Position numbers and translations under genes: made by a program. Shown here piece after piece: positions 1 through 8,890 of a stretch of 38,734 nt of DNA; within the stretch, counting starts at the first letter, position 1; each line of letters begins with the position of its first letter. This DNA comes from Deltaproteobacteria bacterium (GTDB lineage Bacteria > Desulfobacterota > Desulfobacteria > Desulfobacterales > JAABPS01): contig JAFDFT010000002.1 in assembly GCA_019309685.1 (NCBI GenBank), positions 1 through 38,734 on the forward strand, in the 5' to 3' direction. The notes beneath the pieces were generated by a model. The model did not search any database. It worked only from the letters and a program-made list of their open reading frames with translations, and had not been told where the DNA came from.

Positions 1-185
1 GTTTCTTCTGCAATTTCGCTTTGGGACAATCCTTCCTTTTCTTCCAATAGGTTCAGTATCCCCCATTGCTCAGGCGTAGCTTTGTATCCTTTTGATTTAA
101 ATTGTTTATGGAGCTTGTGTTTCATGGTAAAGGCCGTCCGTCCCACCATGTATCCGTGTAAATTTTCCATTTTAAATAGTTTCAT
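1..185 (-). CDS. MarR-family transcriptional regulator, N-terminal part (gene runs off the left edge)
   Basis: The reverse complement of 1-185 reads MKLFKMENLHGYMVGRTAFTMKHKLHKQFKSKGYKATPEQWGILNLLEEKEGLSQSEIAEE. The TPEQW..L..L....LSQSEIA pattern is typical of the MarR winged helix. The start is ATG at 183-185. It is absent from the ORF track because it is truncated. Confidence 0.6.
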   Translation of the reverse strand, partial: MKLFKMENLHGYMVGRTAFTMKHKLHKQFKSKGYKATPEQWGILNLLEEKEGLSQSEIAEE

Positions 186-203
186 AGATGCCATAATTTA
201 ATT

Positions 204-231
204 GTTGTAGCAACTATAGTTATAGCAACTA
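204..231. promoter_or_regulatory. Operator-like repeat in the MarR/engB divergent intergenic region
   Basis: TAGCAACTA occurs twice (208-216 and 223-231, 15-bp period), overlapping a perfect 10-bp palindrome AACTATAGTT (212-221). The site lies ~20 bp upstream of the MarR start, which fits an autoregulatory MarR operator. Confidence 0.3.
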
Positions 232-399
232 AATATGTCAAGAAATAACAACATAAAAATCACATTTAGCGGCCTTCGTGTCATTAGTCAATAGTGGGCT
301 GTTTGGCAAATTAAAAAAAGTATGATAATCAAAAGCTTGCGGTTAAAAGGTCAGATAACTTTTAGAAAACGAAACCATTAGAATGATGTAGTTGTATCT

Positions 400-984
400 A
401 TGATCATAAAATCGACTGAATTCGTAAAAAGCGCTGTCAAGCCCTCACAATACCCTGAGGATAATTTGCCTGAAATCGCTTTTGCGGGAAGATCTAAGGT
501 AGGGAAATCGTCCCTAATCAATACATTGATAAACAGAAAGAATCTTGTAAAAACAAGTTCGACCCCGGGCAGGACTCAGCTTATAAATTTTTTTAAAGTT
601 AACAATCAGTTTTCATTTGTCGACCTGCCGGGGTACGGGTACGCGAAAGTTCCAGCCGCTATTAGAAAAAAATGGGGGCCAATGATCGAAAGCTATCTCT
701 CAACACGGCAGTCACTTAATGGGGTTGTGCTGATTATGGATTTACGGCGCCAGCCCCAGGACGCGGAGATTGATTTTATTAACTGGCTGAAACAGTTTAA
801 CATCGCGAGTATTTTAGTGCTAACTAAAATAGATAAGCTTTCGAAAACAAAACAGCTAAAGCAGCATCAAATGATCGCAAAAGGGCTAGGTGTGGAGTTA
901 GCCGACCTCATTCTTTTTTCAGCTAAAACTCGAAAAGGGAAGGACGCGGTTTGGAATGCCATTAAAAAAGTGATGGCTTTGTAA
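400..984 (+). CDS. engB: Ribosome-biogenesis GTPase EngB/YsxC/YihA
   Basis: 194-aa ORF with a G1 loop (GRSKVGKSSLIN), TPGRTQ, DLPGYGYA and TKIDK motifs. Length and motif order match EngB. Confidence 0.9.
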   Translation: MIIKSTEFVKSAVKPSQYPEDNLPEIAFAGRSKVGKSSLINTLINRKNLVKTSSTPGRTQLINFFKVNNQFSFVDLPGYGYAKVPAAIRKKWGPMIESYLSTRQSLNGVVLIMDLRRQPQDAEIDFINWLKQFNIASILVLTKIDKLSKTKQLKQHQMIAKGLGVELADLILFSAKTRKGKDAVWNAIKKVMAL

Positions 985-1201
985 TCCCGCCTGTAGCGGG
1001 ACAACGTTGCGTTGCATCCTCGCCCTGTTAAATACTCGCTTGGCGAGACGGCGGAGCCGATTTAACAGGGCAAGTCGCTGCGGCGCGCCATAATGTACGC
1101 CTCATTCCCCGGAATTCGCGTTGTTTGTTGGAGCAAAACGGAAATCCTGCAGCGGGAAACTTGACCTTTTTACTTTGCCATCAGTGACGTATTACGAGTG
1201 T
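971..1201 (+). repeat. Structured intergenic repeat, copy A (A/C subtype, with nested inserts)
   Basis: 971-1022 is ~83% identical to 31868-31920, and 1073-1131 is ~70% identical to 31921-31970. It carries the 5' hairpin CCCGC-CTGTA-GCGGG (986-1000). The shared tail TTT(A/T)(C/T)CTTTGCCAT lies near 1168-1181. The first bases supply the last codons and the stop of engB. Confidence 0.75.
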
Positions 1202-1234
1202 TGATGGACTCATGCTTTAATTTAAATAAACTCA

Positions 1235-2137
1235 ATGCAAAAAAAAACTAATTCAGATTATAGATCAGGGTTCGTGGCGATTGCGGGCGCGCCAAATGTC
1301 GGAAAATCGACTCTTTTAAACCGGGTGCTCGGAGAAAAAATTACCATTACGTCTAAAAAGCCGCAAACGACCCGAAACCGGATCTTGGGTGTTGTCAGTC
1401 AGCCGTCATTTCAACTGGTATTTATTGATACACCGGGAATTCATACATCTAAAAAACCCTTAAATATCAGAATTGTTGACGCGGCATTATCCGCATTGGG
1501 TGATGTGGATATTATCCTTATCGTCATTGATGTTGCACATCCGGAACCGGAATCCGAAGAGATTATCCTTAAAAAATTAAAAAGCCAGGAAAAACCGGTA
1601 GTGCTGGCACTAAATAAAATAGATTTGATAAAGAAGAACGAATTGCTTGCCATTATCGAAAAATGGTCTACACTTTATCCATTTAAAGCGATACTTCCTG
1701 TTTCAGCAAAAGATGGCACTCAAATTGAGGAATTAATGGAGGTCATGGCTGGACTTTTGCCGGTGGGTCCGCCTTTGTTTCCCGAAGACTACCTGACGGA
1801 TATGTCTGAGCGTTTTCTTGCAGCGGAGTTGATTCGGGAAAAAGTTTTTCGTTTAACCGGTCAGGAAATTCCATATTCCACGGCAGTTGTCGTCGATGCG
1901 TTTTCCACGGAGAAAAAGGGAAACCTTGTAAAGATTCAGGCGACAATCCATGTGGAGCAGGATTCTCAAAAAGGCATTATTATAGGAAAAAGGGGAAGCA
2001 AGTTAAAAGCGATTGGCGAACAGGCAAGGAAAGAAATTGAACAGCTGGTTGGGAAAAAGGTTTTTCTCGAGCTGTTTGTCCGTGTTCAGAAAAATTGGAG
2101 TAAAGACGCAAAAGCTATGGAGAGACTGGGGTATTAG
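1235..2137 (+). CDS. era: GTPase Era
   Basis: 300-aa ORF with GAPNVGKSTLLN, DTPGIH and NKID motifs and a C-terminal KH domain (IIIGKRGSKLKAIG). Confidence 0.95.
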   Translation: MQKKTNSDYRSGFVAIAGAPNVGKSTLLNRVLGEKITITSKKPQTTRNRILGVVSQPSFQLVFIDTPGIHTSKKPLNIRIVDAALSALGDVDIILIVIDVAHPEPESEEIILKKLKSQEKPVVLALNKIDLIKKNELLAIIEKWSTLYPFKAILPVSAKDGTQIEELMEVMAGLLPVGPPLFPEDYLTDMSERFLAAELIREKVFRLTGQEIPYSTAVVVDAFSTEKKGNLVKIQATIHVEQDSQKGIIIGKRGSKLKAIGEQARKEIEQLVGKKVFLELFVRVQKNWSKDAKAMERLGY

Positions 2138-2324
2138 TTAGTATCCATCAATAAATTGCTATTTTGTCCGATTTCTGTGTCAGGTGGAACATCCGCCTTT
2201 GGCGGGCTCAAATTTTAATCCTCGAAATACTCAATGTATTCTTCCGGTTAAAATTTTCGCCTTCCTTGAACTTGAACAAAATATCTAATTTATGGACGGA
2301 CACTAGTTAGTTTTCATCCATAAA
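2135..2324 (+). repeat. Structured intergenic repeat, copy B (B/D subtype), bounded by 21-bp imperfect direct repeats
   Basis: TAGTTAGTATCCATCAATAAA (2135-2155) matches TAGTTAGTTTTCATCCATAAA (2304-2324) at 18 of 21 positions. The hairpin CCGCC-TTT-GGCGG lies near 2193-2205. The 58-nt core 2208-2265 is 53/58 identical to the reverse complement of 36842-36899. Confidence 0.75.
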
Positions 2325-2441
2325 CGGCCCTTTCGAAAACAAGTATTATTCTTCGCTATTGCTTGAATAAGCATTAACGATCTTGGGCTTTTCAGATAAT
2401 TGGAAAAGAAAATAACAAATAAAAATGAAAGGCGGGTGGAT

Positions 2442-3182
2442 ATGCTAAAAAGCAAAAAACGAATTTTTCCTTACATGCTTGTGGCGTTACTGGTCATTTT
2501 GTTTATAGGGTCATGCGCCGGACTGGATCTGGGTGAAACGGTGGATATGGCCATGTCAGTTTTGGAAAGCAGTGAAGGTTTAAGCAACAGTGATATTATT
2601 AAAGGTTTAAAAGAAGCACTTCAGATCGGAACCGGTAACGCAGTTACGTATGTTGGTAAAACCAATGGATTTTACAAAAATGGTAACATAAAAATACCAC
2701 TTCCGGAATCTGTTCAGAAGGTTGAAAAGGTACTTCGGATTGCCGGATACGGAAATCAGGTCGATGAATTTGAGTTGAGTATGAACCGGGCGGCGGAAAA
2801 GGCAGCGCCGAAAGCAAAATCTATTTTTTGGAATGCGATTAAGAGCATGAAATTCGCAGACGCAAGAAAAATATTAAATGGCCGGGATAATGAGGCGACT
2901 CTTTATTTTAAGGATAAGACCTCTGACACGCTCGGAGGTATCTTTAGGCCAATTGTGCATAACGCCATGTCAACGGTTGGAGTGACGCAGTCATATCAGG
3001 TGTTGGAAAACAAAATTCACAGCATCCCGTTCTCTAAAGACATTGTCAGTTTTGATCTGGATCAATATGTAACAGGCAAAACGCTTGACGGTTTGTTTTT
3101 TATGCTGGCAGAAGAGGAGAGAAAGATTCGGGAAGATCCGGCAGCCCGCGTAACTGAAATCCTAAAAAAGGTGTTTAAATAG
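2442..3182 (+). CDS. DUF4197-family lipoprotein
   Basis: Lipobox LFIGSC follows a hydrophobic signal segment. The body (IIKGLKEALQIGTGNAV...IKIPLP) resembles the DUF4197 family. The track ORF starts at TTG 2400; I prefer the in-frame ATG at 2442, but the start is uncertain. Confidence 0.65.
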   Translation: MLKSKKRIFPYMLVALLVILFIGSCAGLDLGETVDMAMSVLESSEGLSNSDIIKGLKEALQIGTGNAVTYVGKTNGFYKNGNIKIPLPESVQKVEKVLRIAGYGNQVDEFELSMNRAAEKAAPKAKSIFWNAIKSMKFADARKILNGRDNEATLYFKDKTSDTLGGIFRPIVHNAMSTVGVTQSYQVLENKIHSIPFSKDIVSFDLDQYVTGKTLDGLFFMLAEEERKIREDPAARVTEILKKVFK

Positions 3183-3375
3183 GAGGCAAGGAGCTGTTTT
3201 ATTGATCATATTATATTTTTTACTTGCAATTTCGGCCAGAGTTTTATAGGTATACGTCCGTGTTTTCTCGGTTTTGATTAGAGCTAAGAATAACTTAAAA
3301 AAATTGAGAATATATAAGTAGATACATTACAAAACATAAGGTTAAAAACCATATTAAAACGCAGGAGGTGAAAAC

Positions 3376-3915
3376 ATAGCATTACCGAGACAACCCAACA
3401 GGCGAGATAGATCAGACAGAACGAATGTCAATCAGGGTATAAGAGCACAAGAAGTCCGGGTGATAGATCCGGATGGTAATCAAGTCGGTGTCATTTCCAA
3501 AAGGGAAGCGCTTAATGCAGCTGCCGAATTTGGTTTGGACCTGGTTGAAATATCTCCAAACGCAAATCCACCTGTTTGTAAAATAATGGATTATGGTCGG
3601 TATAAGTATGAACAGACCAAAAAGAAACAGGAGGCAAAAAAGAAACAAACGACATTTCAAATAAAGGAGATTAAGGTTCGCCCAAAGACCGAAGATCATG
3701 ATCTACAGACGAAACTGGGTCATATAAAGAAATTTCTCGAAAAAAAGGACAAAGTAAAGGTCACCGTTGTATTCAGAGGGCGGGAAATTAAATTATCAGA
3801 TCGCGGCCGGGAGCTGCTTAAGAAGATTGCTGAAGAAACATCCGAAATAGCGGTTATCGAACAAAACCCAAAATTTGAAGGCCGCTTAATGATAATGGTC
3901 TTATCGCCAAAATGA
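3376..3915 (+). CDS. infC: Translation initiation factor IF-3, non-canonical ATA start
   Basis: The track ORF (3460, GTG) lacks the conserved IF3 N-terminus. The frame stays open upstream and reads I-ALPRQPNRRDRSDRTNVNQGIRAQEVRVIDPDGNQ. AGGAGG at 3363-3368 sits 7 nt before ATA at 3376. infC classically uses AUU/AUA-type starts. Confidence 0.8.
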   Translation: MALPRQPNRRDRSDRTNVNQGIRAQEVRVIDPDGNQVGVISKREALNAAAEFGLDLVEISPNANPPVCKIMDYGRYKYEQTKKKQEAKKKQTTFQIKEIKVRPKTEDHDLQTKLGHIKKFLEKKDKVKVTVVFRGREIKLSDRGRELLKKIAEETSEIAVIEQNPKFEGRLMIMVLSPK

Positions 3916-4004
3916 TTAAAACTTAGTAACTGTTCATTTTCGGGCGATAAATTAAAAGCCATAGACCGTACTCGCTTAATTTTAATTTCTATAACGTGTT
4001 TAAA

Positions 4005-4051
4005 ATGGCGTGGGTTAAATTTTTATTGATTGCTCACGCCATCTGTTTTTT
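4005..4051 (+). terminator. Intrinsic terminator/attenuator-like hairpin between infC and rpmI
   Basis: ATGGCGTG (4005-4012) pairs with CACGCCAT (4035-4042), an 8-bp stem with a large loop, followed by CTGTTTTTT. Confidence 0.4.
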
Positions 4052-4136
4052 AAAAATATAGAAATCCATCACATAGAACTATAAAGTAAAGATATAGGGA
4101 CATCGGTTTCGATGCCCTTATAAGGGGGATATAAAG

Positions 4137-4334
4137 ATGCCAAAGTTAAAAACAAATAGAGCAGCGGCAAAACGTTTCAAAAAAACGGGATCCGGTAAGT
4201 TTACTTTCTCAAAATCCCACGCAAATCATTTTTTGACGAAAAAAACAACGAAACGGAAACGTTCATTGCGTAAAGGTCATATCATCGACAGATCAAACAT
4301 GAGAGAAATCAGACAACTCTTACCCAATGCCTAA
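4137..4334 (+). CDS. rpmI: 50S ribosomal protein L35
   Basis: 65-aa basic [25 protein letters not shown], with SD GGGGGA upstream. Confidence 0.95.
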   Translation: MPKLKTNRAAAKRFKKTGSGKFTFSKSHANHFLTKKTTKRKRSLRKGHIIDRSNMREIRQLLPNA

Positions 4335-4504
4335 TAACATCTGGGCAAGTTGTATTATTTCCCAGCGGCAATGGAAAAGTCATAAAAATTGACATATATG
4401 GTTTATAAAAAAGAAGCAGTATGTAAAAAAGCTATTTTTTATAACATGTTGATATGAATCAGGAGCGGATAATACCGGCCTGGTATTAATTAAGGAGAAG
4501 TATC

Positions 4505-4855
4505 ATGCGAGTAAAAAGAGGTTTTAAAGCAAGAAGGCGTAGAAAAAAGATATTAAAATTAGCAAAAGGATATCGCGGGGGTCGCAGCAAGCTGTTTCGG
4601 ACCGCCGCTGACGCCGTTGATAAAGCGCTTATGTACGCGTATCGAGATCGGAGAACGCGGAAGCGTGATTATCGAAGGCTATGGATTGCAAGGATAAATG
4701 CGGCAGCGCGGTTGAACAATCTTACGTACAGCAAGCTGATGCACGGTTTGAAACTTGCCAATGTTGAACTCGACAGGAAGGTTCTGGCGGAGCTTGCCGT
4801 ATCTGATCCAGCGGGTTTTAATCAGGTGGCCACTCTGGCCGAGCAACAGCTTTAA
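4505..4855 (+). CDS. rplT: 50S ribosomal protein L20
   Basis: 116-aa [35 protein letters not shown], with SD AAGGAG upstream. Confidence 0.95.
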   Translation: MRVKRGFKARRRRKKILKLAKGYRGGRSKLFRTAADAVDKALMYAYRDRRTRKRDYRRLWIARINAAARLNNLTYSKLMHGLKLANVELDRKVLAELAVSDPAGFNQVATLAEQQL

Positions 4856-4897
4856 AAAAACAACGTTTACGTTTATTATACGTTCAGGGTATCAGCA

Positions 4898-5905
4898 ATG
4901 GGGAAATCCATTGAACAGATAGAAAGTGAAGCCTTGAAGGCGCTTGAGGCTGTTTCGGATTTAGAAAACGTTGAGTTGCTTTCCACCAAATATCTGGGCC
5001 GTAAAGGAGAAGTGACCTCGTTTTTAAGAAGCCTTTCGAAGCTTCCACAGGAAAAAAGAGCGGAAGCAGGGAAAAAGGCCAATCAGATAAAGAAGACGCT
5101 GGAAGCCGCTTTCAACGAGGCCATTGAGAAGTTCGAAGCGGCAACATCTCAGACAGGTGATGAAATTGATGTGTCGTTGCCCGGAAGACCTGTCCCTCGC
5201 GGCACGTTACATCCAGTTACTCGAATTACCAATCAAATATGTGAAATCTTTACAAGGCTGGGATTCGATATCGCTGAAGGGCCCGAGGTAGAAACTGACT
5301 ATTATAATTTTGAAGCCTTAAATTTTCCAAAAGAGCACCCTGCGAGGGATATGCAGGACACCTTCTTTGTGTCTGATAATATAGTCCTTAGAACCCATAC
5401 GTCTCCTCTCCAGGTCCGTGTCATGGAAAAACAGAGCCCGCCGGTACGTATTGTCGCCCCAGGGAAGGTTTTTCGATGTGATTCCGACATCACCCACACC
5501 CCCATGTTTCACCAGGTGGAAGGGCTAATGGTCGATGAAGGGGTGTCCTTTGGAGACCTGAAAGGAATTTTGACGACATTTATTCATCAAATATTTGATG
5601 ATGAAATTAGTCTTAGATTTCGTCCAAGTTTTTTCCCATTTACAGAACCGAGCGCTGAGGTTGATATTCTGTGTGTTATCTGCAGGGGAAAGGGATGCAG
5701 GGTTTGTTCAAAAACAGGATGGCTTGAAATTCTCGGATCCGGGATGGTGCATCCGGCGGTGTTTGAAAATGTAAACTATGATACACCTAAATATACAGGT
5801 TTTGCATTTGGGATGGGTGTTGAGCGCATTGCCATGCTAAAATATGGAATAGATGATCTGCGTATATTTTTTAATAATGATGTTCGATTTTTGCGGCAGT
5901 TTTAA
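4898..5905 (+). CDS. pheS: Phenylalanine--tRNA ligase alpha subunit
   Basis: 335-aa ORF with class II aaRS motifs (HPARDMQDTFF, FRCDSDITHTPMFHQVEG, GFAFGMGVERIAML). Confidence 0.95.
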   Translation: MGKSIEQIESEALKALEAVSDLENVELLSTKYLGRKGEVTSFLRSLSKLPQEKRAEAGKKANQIKKTLEAAFNEAIEKFEAATSQTGDEIDVSLPGRPVPRGTLHPVTRITNQICEIFTRLGFDIAEGPEVETDYYNFEALNFPKEHPARDMQDTFFVSDNIVLRTHTSPLQVRVMEKQSPPVRIVAPGKVFRCDSDITHTPMFHQVEGLMVDEGVSFGDLKGILTTFIHQIFDDEISLRFRPSFFPFTEPSAEVDILCVICRGKGCRVCSKTGWLEILGSGMVHPAVFENVNYDTPKYTGFAFGMGVERIAMLKYGIDDLRIFFNNDVRFLRQF

Positions 5906-5931
5906 CGTTGCCGGCTTAAGGTATTCTGAAT

Positions 5932-8358
5932 ATGAAGGTAAGTTTAAGCTGGTTAAAAGATTATATTTCCCTTGAGATGGAACCGTCTGATCTGGCCGAA
6001 GCGCTGACTATGGCAGGATTAGAGGTTGAGGCGGTGTCTGATAGATACAGCTACCTGGATACTGTGCTCGTTGGAAAGATTGTAAAAATAGCCCCTCACC
6101 CCAATGCGGACAAATTGAAGCTGTGTGATGTTGACGTGGGCAATAGAATGGTTTCGGTCGTTTGCGGGGCCCCAAATATTAAAAAGAATATGTTCGTTCC
6201 TGCCGCCCTTCCCGGTACGGTTTATCCAGACGGTTCTGTTTTGTCTGAAACACTTATACGGGGTGTAACGTCTGAGGCGATGCTTTGCAGCGAAGCTGAA
6301 CTGGGGCTTGGAACAGATAGCAGCGGTGTCATGACTGTAAATTCTTCAGGTGCAATAGGTGAAAAAATTGCCAAAGCGCTGAATCTGTCCGATACTGTTA
6401 TTGAAATTGATCTCACCCCGAATCGGCCGGACTGCCTCAGTATTTTAGGCATTGCTCGTGAAGTAAACGCTATTCAGAAAAACGGGATAACCTTTCCGGA
6501 TGCAGACCTGCCTGATGCAAACGGTGATATTTTATCGCTTGCTTCAGTAACAATAGAAGCGCCCGACCACTGTCCTCGATATGCTGCAAGAGTTGTGGAA
6601 GATATTACTGTTGCGCCGTCGCCGTTTTGGCTCCAGGATCGATTAATGTCTGTCGGTCTGCGGCCGATCAATAATATTGTTGATGTTACAAACTTTGTGA
6701 TGATGGAAACCGGTCAACCCCTTCACGCCTTTGACTTTGACCAGTTAGAAGAGAACAGGATCGTTGTTCGTACAGCCCAGAAAGGCGAAATCTTTGTAAC
6801 CTTAGATAAGAAAGAGCGAAAACTTACGCAAGATATGCTGATGATTTGTGATGGCAAGAAGCCTGTAGCCATCGGTGGTGTCATGGGGGGGCTCAATTCG
6901 GAGATCAGTGAAAATACCAAACGGGTTCTTATTGAAAGCGCGTATTTTAATCCGGTGAGTATCCGAAAAACAGCCAAGAAATTAGGTCTTGGTTCTGACG
7001 CTTCTCATCGATTTGAAAGGGGCGTTGACTTGGATGGCACCGTAAACGCATTAAACAGAGCGGCCCAGCTTATTGCAAAAATCGGAAAGGGAAAATTGGT
7101 TGAAGGCGTCATTGATGAAAACCCTGAGCAGTATCAACCCAAACAGATACTCCTTAGCGTAAAAGATACCAATCGTCTTCTTGGCACTCAATTGGTCAGC
7201 AATGAAATTGAAGACCTGTTGACATCCATTGATTTTGCGGTCGAATCAGACCGGGCGAAGGGCGGGGATGGCCATCTGGTGGTTGTTCCGCCGTCTTTTA
7301 GGGTTGACGTTACGCGACCGGAAGACTTGATGGAAGAAGTCGCCCGTTTGTCGGGGTATAATAATATACCCACAACATTTCCCAATATTCCGGCTGAAAG
7401 GGGACGCCTTTCAAAAACATTGGACACCAGAGAAGATATAAGACTTGCAATGACCGGTTTTGGATTCGCAGAAGCGATAAATTATGTCTTTACGGACGAT
7501 TCGTCATGTGACCGTCTTGGATTTGATCAAAATGATCCGAGAAGGAGCCTGCTGTATATCTTAAACCCATTAACCGAGGAACAATCGGTAATGAGGACCT
7601 CTCTGCTGCCGGGCCTTTTAGAAACGGCGCGGAGAAATATGGCTCAACAAATAAAGGATCTGAAACTCTTTGAAATCGGAAAAGTCTTTATTCACTCAGA
7701 AAAAGACCGGCTGCCTGATGAAAAAGAGATGCTGGCAGGTATATGGACAGGAAGGCGCTTAGATGCTTCATGGCACTCTTCAGAGGAAGGCTGCGATTTT
7801 TATGATATAAAGGGAGTCGCTGAAGAACTTCTGAATTATTTGAAAATTAGTGAGGTTGTGTTTACCCGAATATCGGGAAAATCGCCCACATATATCCGGA
7901 AGGGTTATTCGGCCGATGTATTAGTGGATGGAACGATTTTGGGAGTGGTTGGCGAACTAAGCCCGGAAACATTGTTGAGTTATGGAATTAAACAGGCATC
8001 TTATTTTTTTGAACTGAATCTAAGCCAGCTTATGCCGATAATTCCCGAATTAAAGCAGGTAAAACCAATACCTAAGTATCCAGCGATTGCCAGAGATATT
8101 ACAGTGATCATAGACAAAAAAATTGAATCAGAAAAAGTTTTACTTCATATCAAACAATTCAATGAAGAGTTCATGGAACGTGTTTATCTGTTTGATATAT
8201 TCGAAGGCGGCTCCATTTCTGAAAACAAGAAAAGTGTTTCTTTTAGGGTCATATACAGATCATTGAGCGAAACACTGGAAGATGATAAGATAAATAAAAT
8301 TCATCAATCGATCGCCGGCAGGCTTTTAGACGCTTTTGACGCTGAGCTGCCCGAATAG
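5932..8358 (+). CDS. pheT: Phenylalanine--tRNA ligase beta subunit
   Basis: 808-aa ORF starting MKVSLSWLKDYI, with tRNA-binding, B3/4, B5 and FDX-ACB domain order. Confidence 0.95.
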   Translation: MKVSLSWLKDYISLEMEPSDLAEALTMAGLEVEAVSDRYSYLDTVLVGKIVKIAPHPNADKLKLCDVDVGNRMVSVVCGAPNIKKNMFVPAALPGTVYPDGSVLSETLIRGVTSEAMLCSEAELGLGTDSSGVMTVNSSGAIGEKIAKALNLSDTVIEIDLTPNRPDCLSILGIAREVNAIQKNGITFPDADLPDANGDILSLASVTIEAPDHCPRYAARVVEDITVAPSPFWLQDRLMSVGLRPINNIVDVTNFVMMETGQPLHAFDFDQLEENRIVVRTAQKGEIFVTLDKKERKLTQDMLMICDGKKPVAIGGVMGGLNSEISENTKRVLIESAYFNPVSIRKTAKKLGLGSDASHRFERGVDLDGTVNALNRAAQLIAKIGKGKLVEGVIDENPEQYQPKQILLSVKDTNRLLGTQLVSNEIEDLLTSIDFAVESDRAKGGDGHLVVVPPSFRVDVTRPEDLMEEVARLSGYNNIPTTFPNIPAERGRLSKTLDTREDIRLAMTGFGFAEAINYVFTDDSSCDRLGFDQNDPRRSLLYILNPLTEEQSVMRTSLLPGLLETARRNMAQQIKDLKLFEIGKVFIHSEKDRLPDEKEMLAGIWTGRRLDASWHSSEEGCDFYDIKGVAEELLNYLKISEVVFTRISGKSPTYIRKGYSADVLVDGTILGVVGELSPETLLSYGIKQASYFFELNLSQLMPIIPELKQVKPIPKYPAIARDITVIIDKKIESEKVLLHIKQFNEEFMERVYLFDIFEGGSISENKKSVSFRVIYRSLSETLEDDKINKIHQSIAGRLLDAFDAELPE

Positions 8359-8406
8359 ACAGCGGTCATTGACTACGGTCACTTTTTTGAAGCGTATTTG
8401 AAGACC

Positions 8407-8751
8407 ATGCGAAACAATAAATCTATTAAACCGGTAATACCAGATAAGCTTTATTTTAAAATCGGAGAGGTAAGCACTATCTCCGGGCTGCCGACGTATG
8501 TCTTAAGATTTTGGGAGACGGAATTTTCAAAAATTAACCCAAAACGGACGTCTTCCGGCCAGCGGTTATATAGAAAAAATGATGTTGAACTGATCTTGGA
8601 AATCAAACAACTGCTGTATGATAAAAAATTTACGATTCCGGGCGCGAAGAAACATCTGAGTGCTAAAACACGCGAAAGGAAAAAACCTTTAGCAGAGACT
8701 GTCGACGAAATCCGTATAGAGTTGGAAGAGATTCGGAATCTGTTGGCGTGA
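8407..8751 (+). CDS. MerR-family transcriptional regulator
   Basis: N-terminal HTH (YFKIGEVSTISGLPTYVLRFWETEF...RTSSGQRLYRKNDV). The start is either ATG 8407 or TTG 8398. The position after pheT is common in this lineage. Confidence 0.8.
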   Translation: MRNNKSIKPVIPDKLYFKIGEVSTISGLPTYVLRFWETEFSKINPKRTSSGQRLYRKNDVELILEIKQLLYDKKFTIPGAKKHLSAKTRERKKPLAETVDEIRIELEEIRNLLA

Positions 8752-8890
8752 ATGATTTCTAAAAACATACAAGACTTTTTTAAAGACCGCAAATCCGTAC
8801 TCTTGATTGCTTTATTCATAAAAATTTGTTATTTTAACAAATAAACTTCCAAATTACCGCCTTTCCAAGATATCCAACGAATTTATCCAA

